Source: Massalongia carnosa (Eukaryota). Taken from it: 64,000 bases of DNA. The notes under the pieces were generated by a model. It searched no databases. It was given only the letters and a program-made list of their open reading frames with translations, and was not told the origin of the DNA. This document shows, piece by piece, positions 35,961-47,400 of this stretch; position 1 is the first letter of the stretch; each line of letters starts with the position of its first letter. The DNA lies in NCBI GenBank assembly GCA_965645245.1, contig OZ287085.1, positions 186,001 through 250,000 on the forward strand. Direction: 5' to 3'. A program made the translations under genes and the position numbers.

Positions 35961-36763
35961 CTCAACGTTGGGTTCTAGAGTAGATTGGTAGTACTTGAGG
36001 TCGTAGCTGATCCTTCGTTCGTAAATCGTCATTTACACAACGGATCACTTTAGGTTCAAGTCGTATAGAATTTGTGAGCAAAACTGGATGCTACAAAGGT
36101 GACGAGAAAGTGGGCGCTTCTTCAAACGCAGAGACCAAACCTAGCGTTGCCATTTCACCTTGCAGCACAAATCACCAATCAGTATCCATTATTCAAGGCG
36201 AGTTCAGGATCTGATCTGTCGATCATGCATGGCTCGGTTATGAACTACTTTGCGAAGCGCTCTCTTCGATTTTTACGCGAATATAGCCGACGAGTATTCA
36301 ACTTCGGATTAGTCGTAACGAGGTTGGTGTCATGATAAGCTGTTTTATCGTAACTCGTTCAAATTTTGATACGAAACCTTGAATTTTGATGAAGAATCTT
36401 GAGGATTTGGAGGGGACATAAAGGGTAGACTGCTATGAAAAGGTCAAATCATTGAGCGACTTAAAGCCGAAGTCATGCGAGCATTAAGCTTGTTTAGGGA
36501 CACGAATTGTGGCGAGTGGTTGTCCTGTTATTAAAATATATACAGTCGACTGCAAAAGGTTGGTCGCGACCCTGAATTTGGGACCACATATCAAATATTT
36601 ACGCGAAAATGGCAAAATGCCGGCAAAAATCCGAAAAACTACCCTCACCGCCTACATGTCAATGAAGTCGTACTACTGGTCAGTATTGAAGCGACTTGTA
36701 GATTAGTATATGTAGATGCCATTCCCCGTCTTTTTTCCCTCTCTCCTCTACCATTTTCCCAAA

Positions 36764-37808
36764 ATGCCCCCCCCTCTCAGTGAGACCCTTCGTGAGACAA
36801 TCACGCTTCGTTTTGTACGAGGTGACAGCAATAAGACAATTGCATCTGTCACTGGTGTTGGCATCAGACAGATTCAACGAATGAGACGTAATTGGACTCA
36901 TTTTGGAGATGTGGTTCTACCTCAATTGTCAATTGGACATCGCCCTCGTAAACTCAGTCAATCTCATGAGATTGAACTTCTGAAATATCTGGAGCAACGT
37001 CCGTATGCCTATCTGGACTAAATGTGCTGGTTCATTTGGGATGAATTTCAGATCTCTGCAGATGAGACCACCGTTGGTCGTGCCCTAAAAAGGCTTGGTT
37101 GGAATCGAAAGAAGGTGATCAAACAAGCAGCTCAAAGAAATCAAGGCCTTCGAGATGGATGGATGCAGAGACTCGGAGAATGGACTGCAGAGCAATTGAT
37201 CTTTTTGGACGAAAGTGCAGCTTGCGAAAGAACCGGTTATTTCCTATCTCATCTTTCATCCCATCTTCGTCATTTTTCTGACTTTCTGACTAGGTGATCG
37301 ACGATACGGATGGGCTCAGGCAGGCGTCCCTCCAATCATGATTCAGGATTTGAAAAGGTCAAAGAGATGGAGCATTCTTCCTGCATTTACCGTCGATGGA
37401 TATATAGCTTGGGAGGTGCATCAGGGCTCCATAACTGCCGAAATTTTCAACGACTTCGTTCGAAATCAGGTTCTTCCTCAGACGACTGCCAATGGAGGTC
37501 CTAGATCTGTTTTAGTACTAGATAATGCCAGCATTCATTGGAATCAGGAGCTTATTCAGATGTGCGAGACAGCCAACGTCACCTTGGCACGACTACCTCC
37601 TTATTCTCCAGATTTCAATCCAATTGAAACGTCGTTTGCATTGCTAAAGGCATGGATTCGACGGAATGGAGAAATGAGTCTTTCGTACACGGAGGAGTAT
37701 GGGGGATTCGGACAATTTCTTCGGGATGCAGTCAAAGATCTGAGAATGGGAGACCCGGGAAATTTATTTAGATTGGCTGGCATTCAGTATCCCACCATTT
37801 CAATCTGA
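36764..37808 (+). pseudogene. DD34E transposase (Tc1/IS630 type), one intron (37236-37293), one premature TAA at 37019
   Basis: N-terminal HTH regions; FLDESA, VLDNASIH, PPYSPDFNPIE (34 residues between D and E). Splicing restores RTGDRRYGW. Confidence 0.9.
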
Positions 37809-39989
37809 TTAGATACATAGTATATAATCCTCATCTTCATCTTCGGCATAATCGTATTCTAGACTATGCGTCTCATCTTCCTCAATTGTATCTCTCACTC
37901 CAGATCCTACCTCCCCGCCCCTGTCCACCTCCCCATCCTCCATCCCCTTATCCACCCGAGTGACCGCCTGAGTGACCGCCTGAGTGGCCATTTGCGATGT
38001 CGGTAAATGGCGTTGACGCCGAGGGGGAGGCGGGGGCATTTGCTGAGATATCTGTCGAGACATTTGTCGAGACATTTGCAAAGGCATTTGCCGAGACATT
38101 TCTCTTCCAAATTTACTGACGTCTCGCGCCAGTTGAATCCCGATTCCCGGAGGAATTCCTAGCTCCTGCCAGAACGTCTGATGCTCGATGCCTTTCAAGG
38201 ATTGAACGGTCATCAGATCGTACCCACCTTCCATCAATCGATCGCAGGCGTTGGTGAGCACTCCTTTCAAATGAGGCTTCATTTGAACGAGCCAACTGAC
38301 ATAGTCTTCCAGATCTTCTTCCACTGGACTGCTGCGGGCGACGGAGGGGAGAGGGAGAAATCGACTCACGCTTCGACTGCTTCTGGATGATCTCGAAGCT
38401 CTCCAATCCAACGGCGTTTCCTCACGGGCTCGTCTCGAGTCAGGTAATGTAGAAGCAGCATACTGAGAAGGATAAAATGCCGAGGGGGGAAATGCCGAGT
38501 GAGGAAATGCCGAGGGGAATGCCGAGGGAAATTTCGAGGGGAATGCCAATGACGAGGGGGGAAATGTCGAGTGGGGGATTTGGTACGAGTGGTGTTGATA
38601 CATGGGATGTTGATAAATAAAATGCCCACCTCCAAAGGGCATTTCCTGAGACGAGGTTTCCTGTTTTGGAGATGATGATTCAGTCTTTTTCTTACCTTTA
38701 TTCAGGGAGAATAAATTCTCTCTGATCTTCGATGGAGGTGTTCGAGAATCAACGCCTGAAATTCCATCATCTAGTGCTTTATTCCAGGTCACGAAATGAG
38801 CACTGTTGAGAGGATAATGCTGATTCTTCGTCTCATCATTCCAACAGTACTGTCCGAAATTCCTACATGCGCGTTTTTCACAGAGATGCAGACTTTGCAA
38901 TTCGGACATTCTTTCGGCCGTCATGCCTTGCAACATGGCTCGTTCCTCCATCTCTTTTTGCAGCTTCATGGTCGCGGTTCCCAATTTCTTGGTGGCGACA
39001 GCTGTGGCAGCAGCAATAGGATCATCGGGAGGAATGACGCCGTCTTTGGTACGACTGAAGTTGAAAATAAGATCAACCGCGAAGCTTTTCTTTCGAATGC
39101 TGCTGTCTTCTAAATGAATTAGAACCTCCTCAATGGACTGCCAGGATTCGATCAACATGAGAGCTGATTTTTCATGCGGTTTGATTCCATTCCATAACAC
39201 GGTCGCTTTGATATCGACCAAATGACAAGCATACATTTTGAAATTCGCATACGTCTCGGCTTACAAACTCATGTCCCCGGTGTAGCTTCTCAAAAAGAAT
39301 CTTTTCGACGTAGTTGAATTGACTTCGTATGGAATCACCGTCTCGAAAACGACGTGCTTCTCATACGACATCTTCACATTTAGTAGATATTTGATTACCG
39401 TCGGAGGCAGTGGCGAAGGGGATAAACGGGAGGGTTCCTTTCTTCTTGGCTTTCTAGACTTCTTACTGACAATCGAGTTACTAGGCACATTGAGATCTTC
39501 GACATCATCTTCGGCATCATCTTCGGAATCATCTTCGGCATCATCTTCGGCATCTACAGCTTTCATCGCGTTCTCCTTTCTCCACTGACCCTGCCACCTC
39601 TGCTTCTCGTCTTCATCCGTCCAGTCGTCGGAGGAATCCTCCGTAATGACAAGGGGACTATAGTAATTCGATTCGAAAGTCTTTGACTGCTGAGGCTGGA
39701 CCTTTGACTTGGGAGGGGCCTTTGGCTTGGGAGGGACCTTTGGCTTGGGAGGGGCCTTTGGCTTGAGGGGGGCCTTTGGCTTGAAGGGGGGCTTTGACTT
39801 GAGGGGAGGCTTTGGCTTGGGAGGGGCCGACGTCGATTCCGGCGAGGCTTCATCGACGCCGGCGGCGACAATGGCTCTGGCTCTCGGCCCTCCCAAAGTC
39901 AGTTTGATTCTCTTACCTTTGAAAGGCTCTTTTCCAGCCGGGGGGGGGCCGGAATTTGATCTTTTTGCTCTCGGTTCACGAAGTTTCAT
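37809..39989 (-). pseudogene. Transposon-borne second gene (~725 codons) with one in-frame TAA at 39261-39263
   Basis: ORFs 39261-40049 and 37809-39236 share a frame. The product has KPKAPP repeats, an acidic tract, a Cys/His cluster (HLCEKRACRNFGQYCW...HYPL...W) and a SAM-like C-terminal segment (FWQELGIPPGIGIQLAR). Confidence 0.7.
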
Positions 39990-40223
39990 ATCTGAGATAA
40001 AAAATGGGGAATGGCAGAGGGGAGAGGGAAAAAAGACGGGGAATGGCATCTACATATACTAATCTACAAATCGCTTCAATACTGACCAGTAGTAAAACTT
40101 CATTGGCATGTAGGCGGTGAGGGTAGTTTTCAGATTTTTGCCGGCATTTTGCCATTTTCGCGTAAATATTTGATGTGTGGTCCCAAATTCAGGGTCGCGA
40201 CCAACCTTTTGCAGTCGACTGTA

Positions 40224-40625
40224 GCAGTTGGACATCCCGGAATGGCAAAAACACAACGAACAATCGCCAGGGACTACTACTGGCTAGGCATGTTGAACTC
40301 CATTCGGCGTTATGTCAGAAATTGCCATGTGTGCAAACGAGCCAAAGCACCCAGGGACAAATACAATGGAGTACTGAAACCCCTGACAGTTCCTGAAAGA
40401 CCATGGACAGACATTTCGTTGGATTATGTAACTGGACTTCCAGAATCCCAAAATGGTCACAATGCAATTTTGATGGTAGTCGACCGATTGTCAAAGGAAC
40501 GGCACTACATTCCATGCACGGCCAAGGACGAGGGAACAACCGCTGAAGCCACCGCTAAACTGCTGATTGGGAGTGTTTGGAGGTATCACGGCCTCCCAAC
40601 CAGTATGATTTCTGATCGAGGACCG
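40224..40625 (+). mobile_element. Ty3/Gypsy integrase fragment
   Basis: GHPGMAKT...RDYYW...CHVC, PWTDISLDYVTGLP, VVDRLSK, ISDRGP. Confidence 0.9.
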
Positions 40626-40713
40626 TGATGAATAGTAAAATTCACGTGTAGGTATAATAGCATGATTGTCATTGAAGGTGTGGATTATATGTGAGCTATC
40701 TACTTCATTATAT

Positions 40714-41715
40714 CCCTCTCGTTGTTACCCAAGCACCCCCCCCCCAAGCTAACCATTATTAGCTAGCTTCCGCATTTAGCAAATCTGAATTAGTCATGCG
40801 AACATCAATTTTTTCTTGACTGTTTACCTTTCAAATGAACTTCATTGAACCTCATTCAATAAATTTAGACCTCGTCAATTGCTGTCTTTCTATATACGGG
40901 ATTTTTACTGTGATTATGGGGCTCAACGAAGAAGAAATCCCGAGTGTTTCAGACAAATCGCCAATCTCAGCGAAGCAGCATTAATTAAATCGCAAAAGAG
41001 GTGTCCAAAACATCTTGATCGATATTCTATTCCTTCTACTTCCTCTAAATATACCCCTATTCGTGTTATCAACAGGCCTTTTGTTCCATTAATTGAAGAC
41101 ATTGCTCGAAGTCCTCTGGAATTATTTCAGTTGTTTATAACAAGGCAGCATTGTCGCATCATCGCATATCATACCAATATCAAAGCACACGACTACATGG
41201 AGAAGGAGAAGGAGAATAATCATCGAAATTGGACTGATACTACTGGCTCGGAAATAGAGGTGTTTTTGGGCATAATACTTCTTATGGGTCTCGATCGTCT
41301 ACCTGCTACAGAAGATTATTGGAATCAGCGCCCGGACAAGCCAGTCATCATGCCTATTCAGTCCGCTATGTCGCTTTATCGATTTCAACAAATCAAGCGA
41401 TTTTTGAAAATCAACAATGGACGAACAGAGCCTCCGGGACTGGGCAAAGGACCTGATTGGTGGAAGAAACTAGAACCGTTGGCCACTGATTTTCGAAAGG
41501 CCTCGTTGAAACATTGCATACCAGGAAGCAATATTTCTATAGATGAACAACTGGTGCTATTTAAAGGCCGATCTCGACACACCATGCAAATCGCTAATAA
41601 AAGTGCTCACAAAGGATTTAAAATCTACAGCCTCTGTCAGGATAATTATTTGTTGTCGTTTTTGTTTGCCTCCAAGACTAGCAAAATAAGTCAATTGAAA
41701 ACTGTCAAATTATAG
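40714..41715 (+). mobile_element. piggyBac-like transposase fragment (3'-truncated)
   Basis: ORF 40879-41715 has FLGIILLMG...YW, MSLYRFQQIKRFL, ISIDEQLVLFKGRS, KGFKIYSLC. It begins near a CCCT-like end; paired TIRs were not confirmed. Confidence 0.8.
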
Positions 41716-41873
41716 GATAACTAATCCTAAACATCAGTGGTAACTCAGGATGATATATCCGAAGGGTTATTCCGGCCCGACTAGACACGTGGCCTCCCCC
41801 CTTAGATAGATTCCCACTTTTCCACATCCTCCACAATACAATCAACATCTACCCAATTCCCTGATTATGCCTT

Positions 41874-43098
41874 TTGACCCTTATATATTTGACAACAAGC
41901 CGCGACAACAGCTGGTACATACCACCAGATATATGGGCTCAGCGAGACCAGATGTCAGAAGCACACGTCCAGTCCCTGTCAAATGCGTCGCCAGGCTTAC
42001 CCTGGCTCGGAGATTTGTTAGCCGATCATAAGATATGGAGTCTCCACCAACGACAAACACCGTGTCAAATTTCGACATTCCGGATACCCGGATTTCGAGA
42101 TCAAAATGTCTTCATGATTCTGAAAGCATTCGATCAGCAAGACGGTGGCGCATTGCATTACGGGACTGCGCACATCGCATGCGCCATTGTTGCTGGTAAC
42201 GCATGGGACGGGTACTTCACCTCCACGCGTGATGGAGAACGGGTCAATGTTGGACAGGATGGCTTGTTGAGAGGGCACAGTTATTATTTCCACGTTCCAT
42301 CATTCTCGGCATCGTCGTCCATACCTGCTCAGCCGCCCACAGACTTCCCCCGATATCCTCTATGCTTATCCTTCGAGCATTGGTCCTTTCCCCACGGCAA
42401 CCTTCCTCCAGCCTGATTGGAGGCTACTGCTTTCAGTGGCATTGCGGCATCCACCAACGACAATCACCCGTCCCTTGCGCCTCCCTCCGCGTCCGGTGTG
42501 ACATCTGCTGTTCTCGCTCGCGACGGGGGTTGTATCATGACCGGCTCTCAAGACTGCGTGGAACGAGCACATCTTTGCCCAAGAAGCCAGCAAGGCTGGT
42601 TCGAGACCAATAACATGGGGCAGTATAACCGGAACTTACTGCTGTCGGGGAATTCGGTTATCGACGACGTCTCCAATGGGATTGCGTTTCGCTCGGACAT
42701 TCACACGCTGTTTGATTGTTGCAAGTTTGTCATCGTGCCGAAGGAATCGCGCTGGGTGGCCCATTTTTGTGACTTGACCAACACCGCCGGGGCGCTTTAC
42801 CACAACACCCCTCTCGAAGTGGCGTTCAATGTGTTCCCCGGCCTACTCCTAGTGCGCTTTGCGTGGACCGTCTTCACCTTTGCCAAGCGGTTCATGGAAT
42901 GCGGCGCCGACCAATATGTGCGCTTACCGATATGTGCGCTTGCGGGTGAAGGAAAAGGTACTGGAAGGGGAGAAGCTCAAGGAGCGCAGACGGAGCGAGA
43001 GTCCCAAGAAGCGAAAGATGGCCGCGGCGGAAAATGTACAGGAGCAAGTCCCGAACGTAAGCAAGCGGCAGCGTCGTTGCAGCCCTTCTCCGCTGTGA
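41874..43098 (+). pseudogene. Fungal HNH endonuclease (HNH_2-like) gene with in-frame stop and frameshift
   Basis: RDGGCIMTG...AHLCP...DDVSNGIAFRSDIHTLFD. TGA at 42414-42416 is in frame between ORFs 41874-42416 and 42417-43193. Confidence 0.75.
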
Positions 43099-43650
43099 GC
43101 CCTGGGTGTCTTCGCTGTCGCTCCACTTTCAGATGCCTAGCCCAGTATGCCAGAGCTCACCACATCCACCCAATCAGAAATGAAGCTACATAGCCTCGGC
43201 GTCTAGACTTTATGTTTAGAGGCGGGCTAGCAATGTAGTGAGGGATCTAGCCGGAGGTAGAAGTGTTCTACCTTGCAAGGGAAGGTCTAGAAGGCTGCTC
43301 GAGGCTGACTAGATGATCCAGCGAACGCCGAGTTCGTAGATGGATCCTGAGGGATGGTTAGATGTAAGACGATAAGGTCAGAAGTGGGTTGCAAGGCTCC
43401 TAAGGTTCCAAGGCTCCCAAGGCTATAGGCTTGGGGTGAGTAGGATAAATACCAGAACGAATCCTGTAGTATTCGTTAGCAATTAGTCTTTATTCTATGA
43501 ACAACCTACGTTTGGGTCTCGGACGAGATCTCTTGGTCTGAGCACTTCCACATCCATTAGTTGTTTGGATCACATATACTCTCGGAGACCAGCACGTAGT
43601 AGCTATCTTCCACCTCTCACGCTGAGCATTTCCCCTTTCGAGATCATTAA

Positions 43651-43827
43651 GACTGGCGAATAGAACTAGTCCCAATCCAGCTGTTGATCCAAGATCCACT
43701 CGAGCCCCTGTCATGACACTATTGCCATGACACTAAGTATTGACAGACGGAACACTTACCGTTGCCCTGACTGAACCGGATTAAGCTTAGTTCCTTTCGG
43801 ATCGGCTAGCCGGCTAGTGCTTCGTTC
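43651..43827 (+). repeat. ~180-bp dispersed repeat (probably part of an LTR) shared with 53541-53712
   Basis: GAACTAGTCCCAATCCAGCTGTTGATCCAA...CTGAACCGGATTAAGCTTAGTTCCTTTCGGATC..CTAGCCGGCTAGTGC occurs at both places in the same orientation. Confidence 0.8.
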
Positions 43828-44449
43828 AAGCAGTTAAGGTTGCCCTAGATGGTTCAATGAACTAAATGGATGGTTCGATGAACTAACTGGCAGGTGCCCA
43901 GTCACCCCATGACATGCTCGACTCGTGGCCGAAGTCTTCATCCTCTTTCAACACGGAACTTTGCTTCTGATCAAGCCATGATTTGACTATAGAAGTCAGG
44001 GCTCAAGTTTCAATGTTTGAAGTATGAGGGCGTGAGACATTCATGATTGAGATGTTGAAGCTGGGGGGAAAAAGGGGTAGATTTTGATGGAGTGAAATTT
44101 TTGGTGTCCCGGTTTTTTTGTCAGTCGCGTGGCATGATATGCTGCGCAGTCAGCTTGTTAGCCCAAAGGGGCTTAACGTTCTGTAAGGCTAACCGGAAGG
44201 GGCTTAGCCGGGCACGTCTGAGGTACTGAGGCAACGAAGAGCAGACACCATCAAGTCACATTACTAATTAGTTCCTTCCTCACGGTGAGGCTGCAATAGT
44301 TTTTAGTTATCTCAAGTGCGCTTAGCCACTTTAGGGGATGCGGCTGTTGATTCGTGCGCCTGGTATAGAGCGATACGAGGAACACAGATATACAAACAGA
44401 AGTGGGTATCTAAAACATATTTGATCTTTTGATACTTTAGATTGCTACA

Positions 44450-47400
44450 ATGATGTGCAGCAGAGACACAGTCAAGGCCTCAGGTCTTAATATTTGGGTA
44501 AGTGGCGAGGAAGACGATAATGGACCCGAAGTAGAGTAAGACAAACGATTCTTCATGAAGCCGCAGCATCACTGACAGACGTTTAAGCGTGATTGCAGTT
44601 CAAGGTCTCGGTGCTGATCCATATTACACATGGGTCTCGAGGCAAAATTCTGCAAAGCAACCAAAATCTAGAAAAGTCCATCGATTCAAGTTCTTAAAAA
44701 GCCGTGCTCAGACTGACAAACTTCCCGCCGCTCAAACGATATCCGACACTACTGAAGTCATGTGGCTTCGAGACTTGCTGCCGAACTTCGCTTCAAATGC
44801 TCGAGTTGCGACATACAGTTACGAGTCAGATTGGCGAAAAGCAGACATCAAAACAAGTCTCCGCAAATGTGGGGAGCAGTTTCTTAATGTTCTTTATCAG
44901 AATCGGTCATGTGAAAAAGTTAGTAAAGCTATCACGGGAATTCTTCGTTTGTCTTTACTAATAGTCTATATAGCAACGTCGTCGACCATTAATTTTTATT
45001 GGACATAGTCTTGGAGGTTTAGTTATTAAACAGGTCAGTCTGGCTTGACTCTAAATTTTTTTATTTACTGAGGGCCTCGTCATAGGCTCTAGTATTAGCC
45101 AATCATGGTGAATATTTTAGAGATATTAGATTGTCCACGACTGGGATCATCTTTCTTGGAACGCCACATCAAGGAAGTGACGTTGCAGTATATGGTGCAT
45201 GGCTTGCTCAAGCAGTAGGACATGATAAGACGTTATTAGAGTCTTTGAAAACAAACAGCCCTACTCTTCATGATATAGCGCGGGACTTCGAAACAAGTTA
45301 CGTCAATGTTGATATCGTTTGTTTTTATGAAGATAAGAAAGGGTCATATGGACCTTGGCAGACTCAGGTCTGATACTCTCTGTTTTCGCGCTCAACTGGG
45401 ATGAAAGCTTATGACTCATAGCTCGTTGATTATCAATCAGCTTCTCTGCTTAGCAAAAGGATCATATACCTCACTACGGATCACTCAGGATTGAACAAAT
45501 TCGATGGCCCTGAAGATGAAAATTTTCTCTTGATAAAGCCAGAGGTTCAGAGAATGATTCAGAATGCGTCTCAAAGAGTGGAGGAACAGTATCACTGTAT
45601 GATTCAATTTTCTTACTCTAGACTTCACGTTTTTTAAGGCTTCTCTAACTCTTTGTCAGCACGTGTTGAAATCAGCGAAAAAAAACCGTTCCATATTGAA
45701 TTCAGTCTTCAGGGCATTCCTGTGATGAATCATTTTGTAGCCCGAGACGTAGAGATGACTCGATTGACTCGGATTTTACTTCCCACCACCATAGATTCAA
45801 TGCGTCGTAAAGTATTCATCCTTCATGGACTTGGCGGGATTGGAAAGACTCAGCTCTCCGTTGAATTCGCTCGACAACATCACAAGAACTATACCGCAGT
45901 CTTCTGGGTCGACGGCTCGACTAAGGAGAGACTAAAGCGAAGCATTGCTGACCTTGCCGGTCGACTACCTCAGCATCAGATATCTGAAAATAGCAGAAAT
46001 TATTCACAGGAGAAAAGCACGAAGAAGAAAACGGATGTGGATGAAATCGTTAAAGATGTGCTTAATTGGTTATCACAATCATCAAATGATCAATGGCTGC
46101 TAATTTTTGACAACGTGGATCAAGAGTTTTCTGTATCAATTGAAGATCCGGAAGCCTTCAATGTTCAAGATTTTTTCCCAACGGCAGATCAAGGATCTAT
46201 CCTTATCACTTCTCGACTGGCCAGTTTATGGCATTTGGGTACGGATATGAAAGTAAACCCGGTCAATCAATTACAAGGAGAAAGAATTCTCGAGAATTGT
46301 CTCGGGCAATCCATGCAAGGTCAGTGCAATGATAAGCATACTTGCCAGGCGTTATCTGACACCTAAGACTTATTAGGTTTATTCGAGATTGTCAATCTAC
46401 TTCAAGGCCTTCCTCTAGCGATTAATCAAGCCGGTTCATACATGCGGAAAACAGGCACAAACGTGTCTGAGTATATTAAATCATATAATCACACATGGGC
46501 AAAATTAATGAAAAAGCAGCATCGCTCCACAATTCAAGCAGGTACAGATCGTAGTGTTTTGACAACATGGATGTTATCTTTCAATCATCTTCAGGTGCAA
46601 AGTAAGGACGCAGCGAACATTTTAATGCTGTGGGCGTTTCTCGACAATCAAGATCTCTGGTATGAGCTCTTTGCGTCTGCACTAGATCATCATATTGTCG
46701 GCATGATGCCTGATTGGTATATCAGATGTGCAGGTGATGAACTTGAATTCAAAGACTGCATAGGACTACTTTTGGAATATTCCTTCATTGATGCAAAAAT
46801 TGAATCATCTTCCTTCGCTATGCATCCTGTGCTTCATCAGTGGTCATTTCACGTATTTGAGAAAGAGAAGACTAATATGAGCTGGCTTGCCATGATTATT
46901 GTCGCATTCGCTGTGCCTTTAGAGACTGTGCCTAATTATTCTTTCATATCGAGACGTCTTCTGCCACATTGCGATCGTGTTTTCCCATTACTGAAGCATC
47001 GCATACAAGAAAGCTTTGACAACAAGACAGATTCTTTATCTCTTTGCTACGCATGTCATGAATTAGGACATTTGTATGCAGATCAAGGCAAGATGAACAA
47101 GGCCGAAGAGATGTGTCTGCGAGCATTGACAGGATACGAAAAGGCCTGGGGTCCTGATCACACATCAACGCTCAACACAGTCAACAATCTAGGAAGTCTG
47201 TATAAAGATCAAGGCAAGATGAACGAGGCCGAAGAGATGTATCTGCGAGCATTGACAGGAAAGGAAAAGGCCTGGGGTCCTGATCACATATCAACGCTCA
47301 TCACAGTCAATAATCTAGGAAATCTGTATGCAGTTCAAGGCAAGATGAACGAGGCCGAAGAGATGTATCTGCGGGCATTGACAGGAAAAGAAAAGGCCTG

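Larger units (their letters stand above)
36543..40221 (+). mobile_element. Tc1/IS630-like DNA transposon with ~220-bp TIRs and two convergent genes
   Basis: Ends are CAGTCGACTGCAAAAGG... and ...CCTTTTGCAGTCGACTG, flanked by TA (36541-36542, 40222-40223). TIRs at about 36543-36760 and 40004-40221, with several mismatches. Confidence 0.95.

Noticed and set aside
40149..40628. Fusion ORF of TIR sequence and Gypsy integrase
   Set aside because: Chance read-through from the right TIR into an integrase fragment; no ATG start and no complete domain.
40714..41770. Complete internally deleted piggyBac with TIRs
   Set aside because: Only CCCT/AGGG match at the putative ends, and there are no TTAA flanks.
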